A DNA stretch of 63,994 nucleotides, filler included, from Basidioascus undulatus (taxonomy: Eukaryota): the NCBI GenBank assembly GCA_000826855.1. It is 3 parts of 3 records of this genome, joined end to end, with 100 filler letters (N's around TTAATTAATTAA, not from the genome) between each part and the next. Parts side by side here need not be neighbours in the genome. Positions count along the whole stretch, not along the records: positions 43,821 to 63,994 come from JTLS01000380.1; 2 more parts are not named here. One strand, given 5' to 3'. A model generated the notes under the pieces. That model was given only the letters and a program-made list of their open reading frames with translations. It made no database searches and was not told where the DNA came from. Positions 50,892 to 60,575 of this stretch are shown here, in pieces. Position numbers and translations under genes: made by a program. Positions within the stretch are counted from its first letter, which is position 1, and each line of letters starts with the position of its first letter.

Positions 50892-53261
50892 ATGTCGATT
50901 ATCACCATAGCTGACCATGAGCACTATAATGTTGCTGCTTTCGCGGCGTTCGGGCACCAGCACAGACTGGTGGGGCTTCTCGTGGGCGGAAGCACAGTTT
51001 ATGCGTATGGAAGTGCTTTCACAGCCGAAACCCGTGACTGGGACGGCTTTGTGTTGGTTCAGACAGGCGGAGACGTCCTAGCCCTTCTCGCAGCGCCCGA
51101 TGCGCTTGCAGCTTTACTGGTGGTGGAGACCGACGTTCACCACGGATCCATGGTGCATAAGCTGCTCGAAGGCTCACTGAGTACATCCAATCTTTTGTAC
51201 GACCGCTTTCGCTTCGCATCGACGGGCATCAATAAGAGCATCAAAATTCTCTCGTACGATGCCCTTCTAGCCTGGAAACAGTCACGGCATCCTTCGACCC
51301 TTCGTATCCTGTCTACGAGGACATCTGGAGACTACAGCCTGTCGAAACTTACACTTTCCAAAACCCTGAGCGCGCTTTTTACGTCTTGCACGATGCAGAC
51401 GTGTTCGTGTCCGGCAGAGGCGGGGACTCTGCTCGTCTCGGCATCACGACAGACCTCATAACCTCTGGAGCTTGGCTCCCGCTCAGCGGTGATTCAGGGT
51501 CCGTAGCTTTTGCGTGTGGACCGGGAACGACGCAGATGCTTACAGACGGTCTCGCCAAAAAGCTTCTGAGCCTTCACTCTGCGCGGCTTCCTCTCGATCT
51601 GAGCTCACTGTGGGCGCGTCATCACTGCTTTGAGCCCGAATTTCGTCAATCTATCGAGGGGTGGGCATGTCAAACGGTCAGCGATTACACTATCTTTACA
51701 CCCTCACCCAGATGCCCTCGTTGACGGAAGGAACGCCCACGATGTTCTTCTGGAAATTCAAGCCGCTGGAATCCGCTGAACAGCGGGCCGCGAACTCGAG
51801 TCTGTGGCACCTGGACCTCCGAGACTTGGTGCACCTGACTCTCGAAGATTTGCCCCTGTTCGAACCACCGTTGCTTTCAAGTGCCCTGTCCTTGATTTTT
51901 CTTCTAACTCTGCGGCAGGACTTCTTCAGCTCGGTCAGACGCACGGCAATAGCCTTCCCGACAGGCTATATTGGAAGGCGTCTTCAAACGTGCTCCACGA
52001 AATTGCTGGAGCTGCCGTCATTCGGCGCACCCCGTATTCGCACCGCTGCCAGCTTCCGGGGGCATCGAGCATATGTACCTAGTCTGAATTTGTTTTCTAC
52101 CCCTGACGCGAGGTTGTGCTGCTGGCCCAAAGTCGCATCGAGCAGCTCCAACTCCTCGACAAACCTCGCCTCAGTGGCTCTTTTGATAAGGTCGCCATCT
52201 CTCAACGCGGCCTCGATGCAGTGACACTCGTGGCTATGCAGCGGGCTGAAGACATGCTCGCTAGGTATCTCTCAACTGCTTGTTTCAGCGTTCCAGCCTA
52301 ATCAAGTCCCATTAATCGGTTTTACCATGACCGACTCGAGGAGAATAGCCGCATGGCACTCTTTTACTTGGAGGCGTTCCATTGGGGGACGGTCGCTTCC
52401 TAGCAATCAAGCAGTTTCTTCAGGCCGACCTCGCGCTGATTGGGCGGACTCAGCCGAGTCTCGCTACGCTGTTCGGCCTCGCTCAGAAACGACTTCATCC
52501 CACCACTTGCTCAAACGACCCGGTTGCAGCGGGCCATGGCGACTTGCACGGTGGAAACATCATGATACCGATCTCCCTTGCACCGCATCTCTCCTCTACT
52601 TGCAGTGCAGTTTCAGCGACTCCGCCACCTCTTCACACTTCCTCCCAGTAACGCGTCGGTTCTCTACGTCGACTACGAGACTTTTGGATATCATTCGCTG
52701 TGGCTCGACATGGAGAAACCACTGTACAACAGCTCGGTTTTCCCTTAGTTCTGTGCCAATTTCCTGGTGCTTGACCTTTTTACAGACGCGTCATCTCTGC
52801 ACACCTCCTTGAGGGTCAACCGGGCGAGGCAGATAGTCCCTGCAAGATTGATCTGACTTTCTCGCCCTTGACTTTCAACCTTTTCGGCGACTTGAGCCAG
52901 TTGGGGACATTGTTGGAAGAGGCTTGCTGGAGATCATGGTTCACTACGTGATAGAGCCCCTCCTCACTCACCAGACCGGGGTCGTGGCACGGGACAACAT
53001 GCCAACCCACGAGGGTAAGCACAATCACTTTGATTGAACCATGTCACGCACACACTGATAATGAACGATTATCACTTAGAAATTGTGAGACGCAGTTTGG
53101 ACACTCTTTCATTGGCCCTCCTTTGTTGCGCAATGCTCTCGAGTAACTTTGGCAGCCGCCCAGACATGCTGTGGGCAAACGTTGCCGTCAACCTCTTGTT
53201 AAGGGACATGCTCGATGGCTCGGAGGGCGCTTTCAGCCAGCTCTCGTCGCTGTTCTCATAA
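50892..53261 (+). pseudogene. Intronless nucleotidyltransferase-like + APH/choline-kinase-like phosphotransferase fusion, frameshifted
   Basis: N-terminal LLVGGSTVYAYG...RDWDGFVLV (Pol-beta superfamily GS...DxD); C-terminal GHGDLHGGNIM (52535-52558) and LYVDYETFGYH (APH catalytic and metal-binding loops). Several frame switches (~51380, 51700, 51880, 52380, 52650) and internal stops. Confidence 0.65.
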
Positions 53262-53452
53262 AATCAGACATATAAATCGTGAGGATATATGTCGCAATGT
53301 GTAGCGACGTCGAGTCAATACTGATCTAAATTCCCAACGTAGTATTTTCACCGGCAAGGCGAGGTCGTCACCGTTCAATTTTCGTGCTTCCATTTGCTCT
53401 TCTTCGTATACTCCACTACTATGCCCGTTTTCGATACCCAATTTTCTTCTTT

Positions 53453-53785
53453 ATGGCAAAATGTAATTGCAACTTGCCAGAACAGAAGTTCTGCGTACTG
53501 AGGAAGGCAGTCACCATGGTCCTCTCGAAGGCCACCAAGCAGGGGAAGGCAGACAGCGTGATCCGTGAATCTTCCCGATACTCTGCAAGATTGGTGCTCG
53601 AGCGTGCGTTCACGCATCAGGTCCTGGCGCACGAGCGGAGGGAGCAGATCGTCGAGGAGGTGCTGGATGATTTTGGGCGGCAAATTGCCAACTATGATCG
53701 ATCGGTGAGGGAGGAGATCGGCAAGGTCGTCAAGGCGTTTTGGTCGGACTGGACAGAGCTGCCTCTAGAGATCTCCGTTCGATGA
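53453..53785 (+). CDS. Small hypothetical helical protein or gene remnant
   Basis: GC-rich, coding-looking frame ...RLVLERAFTHQVLAHERREQIVEEVLDDFGRQIANYDRSVREEIGKVVKAFWSDW...; no family recognised. Confidence 0.3.
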   Translation: MAKCNCNLPEQKFCVLRKAVTMVLSKATKQGKADSVIRESSRYSARLVLERAFTHQVLAHERREQIVEEVLDDFGRQIANYDRSVREEIGKVVKAFWSDWTELPLEISVR

Positions 53786-54438
53786 AGAGTGGTGGCGGTG
53801 GGGCTCATGAACAAGAGAAATGATTCATTGCGCCCAATTGTTGGCTTCAGCATCGATGAACATCTCAGGATGTCGTATATCTAGCCGCGCCGGTCGTCCG
53901 GCCAGCAGTGAAGGGCTTTCTTGAGAACCGGCGGCCAGCACCAATCATCTCAACTCTCATATCAGCCTGGCAATCATCGGAGTTCTCTAGACTCTAGCTG
54001 TTTGGTGCCAGCGCGCAGGCTGCACGCGTTCCCTCTGGCACTGCAGCGCCCCGCATTGCAAAGCGGTATGGGTTCATGTCAACCATGATGGTAGCTTGCT
54101 CAGGATACGTTCACCAGATGAACTAGGGAATAATCATATTCGAGGAGGAAAAGCCAAATTGAAGACAACGCGCACGCCAATGACAGTCGGTGCAAGAACT
54201 GGCTGGCGACGAGGTCATACGCGGTGCAGACCACAAGGTGCAGGTCTGCTGCGATCTCAGAAAGGTGGAAGAGTAGACTATTGCTAGCACAGGATGAGGC
54301 ATGGCGAGGCTGACGCTGCTCGCAACGCAGCGTCGTCGGCTCAGCATGGGTCATCAACGCGTACATGCAGTGTGGAGAGGTTTACATACATCAACCGCAA
54401 ACCAACTGTCTCGCAGAAACCAACAGCCGCAGCGTATC

Positions 54439-55931
54439 TCAAGCCCCCTCCCCCGCCCCCTCCCTAACCAGCGGTGTTCTCTCGTCCGCGCCCACCACCT
54501 CCTCTCCCACCCCATTCCTCCCATCCAACCTCCTCCCAAAATCGTCCACCCCCAATCTCCTCTGCCTCCCCTTCCAAACTACACAAATCCCCAGCAAGCT
54601 CCCCTGGAGCACACCCGTAACCGCATACGGTAGCCAGCTCGTCCAGTCCGTGCCCTCGCGGAGGGCGATGCTGAGCACGAAGATGACGGACCCGGGGACT
54701 TGGATCGCCATGGTTGGAATGGAGAGCGCGCCGACGAGGCGCGTGCGGAATGTGTGCTGGATTTGGGGCGCGTATTGGAGGGTCGCTAGCTGCGGGTGGT
54801 GAGGGGAGGGAGCAGGTTAGGGAGCAGGAGAGGGAGAGGGACGGAGGGAGAGGGGCGCACAAGTGTGGCAGAGAGACCGAGGAAGGCCGCCCAGGTCTTC
54901 AATGCTGGGGAGGGGTGCGCGAACGAGGGGGTGGAGGTAGTGAGCAGGAGGGTGATGAATATGCCCAGGGCGCTGTTTCCCCTTCCGCCATTCAGTTCCC
55001 CCGGCGATCTTCTCCCCGGAAGGAAGGGAGAAAAGCCAGGACGCACAGATGGATCGCCACCACCCACGCGAGCGTCACAGCCAGCCTCCACTCCGCGGTC
55101 GTAGCGACCTTCGGGGCCGTCTTCCCATTCTCGCTGGCGGGGTCTTCCCCGGCGGCGGGGGAGGCGGACGCGTCGCGGGAGGCTGTGCGGGAGAAGGCGG
55201 AGGCGTAGCGCCGCGAGAGAGGCTGCACGACGGCGTACTTGATGTGCGGGGGGAAGTAGATGAGGAAGAGGACAAGGCTTTGGGGATGGTTCTCGGAGAT
55301 CAGCATGCTGGGAAGGTAGGGGGAGAGGATGGTAGGTGGGAGGGAGGACGCACATGACAGTGAACAGCGTCCACTGGATAGTGACCTGGATTATCCCGCC
55401 CAGGCTCTCCAAGCAGCGTCCAGCGCTCTGCGCAAGGCTCGGTCGATCAGCCCCGCTTGGAGGGAAGGGCGGTCCGCGGCACGACGCACCAGGTGCTTAC
55501 AGCACCGCACGACGCCCCACTGGACGGTGAAGAGGTTGAGCATCGCGGAGGCGGAGGAGGTGCTTCCTGTGTGTTTCGCGTGGGGGTTGAGAGAGGGAAG
55601 GAGCGTTGAGAGATGGCTGGGGTGGGGGAAGACGCACCGAGGAGGAGGTACCACGGGCTGAGGCCCTCGCTCGTCTTATTCTTGATGATGCGCAGGTGCT
55701 GTTCTCCTATTACCTCAGTCTCAGAATCAACGAGGGTTTTTGTACATTTATACGCACCTGGGGAAGATACGAGAGCACCAACCCCACGCACAGAAACGCG
55801 GTCAGCGTCGTGGCGACCGCATCGTGCGACTGCCCAGCGCCCGGCGGTCCCCTCTGTTCTCAGCTTCTTCGGTGGCCATCAGTGTACAACAAGCGTACAG
55901 GATTGCAAGTATCCTCAGGAAGGGGCTTCAT
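54439..55931 (-). CDS. PQ-loop repeat membrane protein
   Basis: MKPLPEDTCNP|SHDAVATTLTAFLCVGLVLSYLPQ|HLRIIKNKTSEGLSPWYLLLG, second loop LQYAPQIQHTFRTRLVGALSIPTMAIQVPGS, vacuolar-type ERTPLV near the C-terminus. Confidence 0.9.
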
Positions 55932-56213
55932 TTGGTGGAGAGGTGCTGCTGCTGGATGGTCGTCGTCGGTGGTCGACCCTTCAAAGGGTGGCGGCGCGTC
56001 CTGAGCGCGTTCGCGCGTCCAGCCGGATGCATTTCGCTCAGTCCTGTTCAGAATCGCCTGTTCAGAATCGCCGCTCCTGCAAGCGCCAAACCTGCACAAA
56101 CAGAGCCCCAGAATGCGTGAATATAAATCATTACAAGTTTATGTTGGTGCTCAGGTCAAGATATTAGTGTCAATTATAATAAAGTCCAGCCCCTGTCCTC
56201 CGAGCCTCGAGCC

Positions 56214-56745
56214 TCATGACGCCGCCGCAGCTGCAGCGTCGCCAGGCATTTCCTCCCCCACAAGCTCCTCGTACAGCGCGTCTATCGCCCTATTCAGCCT
56301 CCTCAACTCCTCCGCGATCGCGTCCTCCCTCCCCGGCCACGCCCGCTCCCCGCTCAGCAAGTCAACCTTGGGGTGCAGGCAGCGTTCGAGGGTCCTGTGT
56401 CCTCCTTCCCCATCAGCACCTTCTCCTCTCCAAAAGTAAGACAGGACCGGGACTTACAGATTCGCATCTACCAGCGCAGCCTCCCCCGCATGCTCCCCTC
56501 CCCCATCCAGAAGCGCCCGACGCAAGAGGACGAGCTTCCGCTCCAGCGCGGCCTGCAGCGCTGCGTCCTGCACTGACAAGGAGGACGGCAGGGCCTTCGC
56601 GACTTCGTCCACGTTACGGAGCGCGGTTTGATACACTGGCGAGGAGTAGCGCATGTCGATGCTGTTGGATGTTCAATGTAATGGTGGTGGTGGCGAAAGG
56701 GGAACCAACCGACAACCCGCAGTCTACTACCTCTTCGCGAATCAT
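56214..56745 (-). CDS. Small hypothetical helical protein
   Basis: Exons YQTALRNVDEVAKALPSSL...ALQAALERKLVLLRRALL and VDLLSGERAWPGREDAIAEELRRLNRAIDALYEELVG...AAAS*; start uncertain. Confidence 0.4.
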
Positions 56746-57678
56746 AACGACCAGCACGGTCGTTGTCGAACGATCCAAAAAGTCCCCGTTAGTGTTGCAT
56801 AATCCCCCAATAACTGATGCGTTCCGCGCACAGGGCGCAATTTGCCTCATGGAACTTTATATGAGAGCGCTAGGACGACGTTTCAAGGGGTAATCGAGCG
56901 CTGGCAGGATAGGAGCAGACCGGGCAAGCGCTACGGGCACGTTGCGAGTGTGCGAAAAGTTTTCAAGTCTGAGAGGGTGCTCGATTGCGAATAAAAAATC
57001 ATCATCATTGGACTTCATTCTGCTGTTTTCAACAGCGTGAATGCAAATGTTGCGCAGCGGTGGACGCTCTGGGACCCAGTCGCTGCCACTATAGTACACA
57101 ATTCGAGGCACCCACTAAGTTGGATTCAGTTATGCCCATGCTAGGACAGGGATACACGACTCATCCCATTTGTTTGAGGCAGAGCATCCCACGACTGAAA
57201 AAGACAATCCAACTGCTAGACATTCTCCCTCGGCACAACCAGGGACTCACTGCATTGGCAGGCGGACTTTCTCACCATAACCATTCAATTTCCGTTTGGC
57301 CATGTGATCTAGACTTGGTTAGAGGACATTCACTCTCAGCAGCTCCCGAGAGGGTACCGGTACACACGTCAGAGCCTGGCCGCACAGGCTAGGAAGTGAT
57401 CCTGGTATGTCGCGGTGAGTGCCACGGCGATCCGTAGGCGCTGTCTTGTGCTCCTTACATGATAAGGCTGTATGTCGTCAGACAAATAAGGAGCGGGACT
57501 CCAGGCATTTGATCAGGCAGTGCAGCTGCACTGCCTGGCCAGCAGGGTGAGGCGGGCGGTGTCGAACAGTGTACCAGAGTCTCGCCGGAAGTAAAAGCAC
57601 ACTTGTAAGTCTTCGGAAGGGCCAAGGTAGTTCTTGCAGCTTGGTGGACCTGGTGAAAGGAGAACAGAAGAAGGTGGC

Positions 57679-57682
57679 AAAA
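57679..57682 (-). terminator. RNA polymerase III oligo-T terminator of tRNA-Cys
   Basis: TTTT on the minus strand, 1 nt after the discriminator base. Confidence 0.6.
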
Positions 57683-57683
57683 C

Positions 57684-57755
57684 AGCAGCAGCCCGGGTTC
57701 GAACCGGGGACTTCCAGATTTGCAATCTGACACTCTACCACTAAGTTACTGCTGC
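57684..57755 (-). tRNA. tRNA-Cys(GCA), intronless
   Basis: GCAGCAG TA ACTT AGTGGTA GAGT G TCAGA TTGCAAA TCTGG AAGTC CCCGG TTCGAAC CCGGG CTGCTGC T: complete cloverleaf, GCA anticodon, U73 discriminator, A and B boxes. Confidence 0.93.
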
Positions 57756-58107
57756 TGCGCCAATCTTTTCCCAGCTAATTTTTTTTTAAAAATCAATGAC
57801 AGTTCATCGCCATCTCCTCTTTTCACGAACCCTGCCAGGCAGCAGGGGTCAGTTGGAGCACGTAGAAGGGCCTTATCTGAAGGCTTTGTAGAATCATGTT
57901 TCATCACAGACGGTACACGCATGCATCTGCCATGGTGGAGCAAAGCCACATCCGCACGGCTGCAGCGTCATTTTCAGCGGCGTACAGGAGGAGCTGTGGG
58001 CCCTGCGCAGCTGCCTTTCAGGCATTTAAAAGACGCATTCAATGGTGCAGAATCTAATCTTGGCTTGAATTCTCACCACACTCATACTAATCAACGACCC
58101 AAACGAC

Positions 58108-58490
58108 ATGACGACTTTCTCCTTCCTCGCCGTGTCGCCGTTAATAGCTTTCGCGAGCCCTGCACAGGCAGCTGGCAAACTTGGGCTGGCATGGCCCAAT
58201 GGACCACATAATAACGATATATCCCAATTTTACTCTAACAGGTCTTCTTGGTGTAAGCTCCCTCGAATCTTTTTGGTAGGGGGTGTGGCAAAGCTGAAGA
58301 TGTTGGGCGGCGCAGACTACTCGTAGTCCCCTATGTCCGGGTGTCACGATGCTATGCGGAGAGCAGCAGGTGAGCTGCCCAAAGTGACCGGTACTAGGTC
58401 TCAGAGCTCAGACTGGCTTCGGGAATAGGTCGAGGAGTGGACGAGCCTCGTCAACACCTCCACCTGGACATCAATGAACGTACAAGCCGC
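58108..58490 (+). pseudogene. GH128 beta-1,3-glucanase 5' fragment
   Basis: Signal peptide, then GKLGLAWPNG...ISQFY...SSW|YYS*SP (TAG 58324-58326 at a usual Trp), VTMLCGEQQ|VEEWTSLVN; stops before FNEP. Confidence 0.72.
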
Positions 58491-58769
58491 GCAGTGGTCT
58501 GAAAGTACATGTTTGAAAGTACATGTTTTCAGCATAGTCAACAAGAACCGACTCGCAAAATTTCGCCAGGATCGAAAACAACGTAGGACGATCAAATGGC
58601 CGAGGCCGCTGATTGCAACGGCGTGGAGCGCGTTGCCACCGACGCGGCGCAAACGCGGCACACGTCATTTCGCCCAGCCTGGTTTGCTGACGGTAACACT
58701 CTTCCTCCTTTCCTCCTTTCTTCATTCACATCGAAACCCTCACGCAGCTCACCTTGGCTCGTCACCATG

Positions 58770-59350
58770 TCAACACAATCTCAAAGAGGCGGCGGAACAT
58801 GGCTGTGAGGGAGATGGGAAGTGAGGTCTGCGCTGTGAATGCACTGCCTGTGCTCTTGGGGAGCAAGGCCACGATGCACTCGCCCCATGATGTCGGTGTC
58901 CATGAGAGCACTGCAGCAAGGGTGAAGAGCCAGTGCAAGTGGGAGAGGAAGGGAGGGGCTTATCTGGGTGACCCACCAGCAGGTGGAGGATGCGAGCATG
59001 GAGTCCGTCTCCACCACAGGACTTGTCCTTGGGGTATGCCCTCAGGACAGCATGGACTGTCTCTGGCGTGATGCCCCATGCCTGTGCCTGGGTCAAGTCA
59101 AGTGGGGGGGCAGGGAAGGGTGGCTCACCTGGGGGGTAATGCCCCTTGTCCGAGACACACTGCCGCCGCTCGCGTGCCTCGTCTCGTCTGCGACTGACTT
59201 GGCTGGCCCTACTGCCTCCATCCACTGGACCTGTCCCTGCTGGTCTCGCTTGAATGCTAGTGCTGCTGCTGTGGGGGAAGGGCTTGTGTCAAGTGCAGAG
59301 AGTGCGTTGTCTGGTGCGCTTCTAATCTGGCGTGCATCATTCATGCCTAG
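58770..59350 (-). mobile_element. Degenerate LINE retrotransposon fragment, N-terminal part of RT
   Basis: ITPETVHAVLRAYPKDKSCGGDGLH (KSxGxDG), WGECIVALLPK, LPISLTAMFRRLFE (RPISL-type motif), with frameshifts. Confidence 0.85.
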
Positions 59351-59419
59351 GCCATCCAGGACTGCCAGACTAACCGCGGTGGGTGCGGTGGCCACGACGG
59401 GATTACGCACGCAGAAGCC

Positions 59420-60575
59420 CCGGCCTTTTGTGTCAGAATGAAGTTTGCTGACCAGTGATACGGTTACTGAGGGTGCATTGGTAGGACGTATCTTCAACTC
59501 TGGCTTGTAACAAGAAGGCAGAACAAGCGGAGCCCACTGGTTCTCGAGCGTCCAGACCTCCTCACCTACCTCGGAAGAGTCACACCTTCTACATATCTGA
59601 GTGCACGTGTACAGGGGAAATCGTGTTTGTACGAGGTGTACCGTGGGAAGAGGGGCACCTACGCGGTCTGAAAGGCGATGCTTCGAGGAGCAACGCGTGG
59701 CAGGCGAGTCGTATCGGATTCGGTTCGCCAGGTCTTCCGTCCGATAGAGGTGAGGGGTACTGCGAGCCTATTCAAAGTCACACACTCAAGTTTAGCGTCT
59801 GGTTCTTCATAACGAAGAGGCTTTAGTATGCATATCTGCTTTACCCCTGAGCAAAAGTCGAGAACCGTTACGCCAGTAGAGTTTGCGATACGACGCCGCC
59901 AGCCATATCGCAGCATGCCATCCTTCAGGCGCAGCCATATCTCTTCCACAGGTGGCTCGGTAGCAATGGCAGGGGCGAGCGGGACGTGATCAAGAAGGGG
60001 CGCCGTGGCGGGATAGTGAGCGTGATGTCGTTTGCTGTCGGGGCAGTGATACGGAAGAAAGCACTCGAGATCGGTTGAAGACAGCTGATTATCGTCTAGG
60101 CGAATGTACAGCTCGTCAAGCTCGATGAGCCTATGCAGCTTCGACGTGAGCCGCTCGCTCCATACGCGGGCCGCCGAGAACGGAGGCGACAGGGACCGTC
60201 GTGTCCTGAGCGACCGAGCTTCAATCAGTCGATGGGATCAGGACATTTCAAAGTCCATTCTGGAGGATTCACCAGAAGAGCGCTGGCTGCAGAGCTTGCA
60301 GTGATGCTTACCGCGGCACTCGCATGTCCCAGGGTTGAGCTTTGCCACCGTCGTGCGCACCGCGGTAGAGCCATGGACACCATTCCCAAAGGCAAGCGGC
60401 GCGCCATATCCGAGGCCGTTTAGAAGTTTGGCCAATAACTTCTCATCTCAGAGCTCCCTCAGCTGGACGCACGTCTGGGAGAAGGCGGTGCAGGTCCCGA
60501 GCGTGGGGAACGCGTTGCGGATGAGGACGAGGATCTCCAAAGGGAGTTTGAGATAATTGAGAAACCTTGCGCCAT
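59420..60575 (-). pseudogene. F-box domain protein pseudogene
   Basis: FLNYLKLPLEILVLIRNAFPTLGTCTAFSQTCVQLREL*DEKLL (F-box pattern, TGA 60448-60450), ATG 60575 out of frame, downstream IANSTGVTVLDF. Confidence 0.6.

Noticed and set aside
49153..53261. Bacterial contaminant sequence
   Set aside because: It lies within one contig between a LINE fragment and intron-containing fungal genes, and one partner shows the same decay as neighbouring fungal pseudogenes. Read-level confirmation is still advisable.
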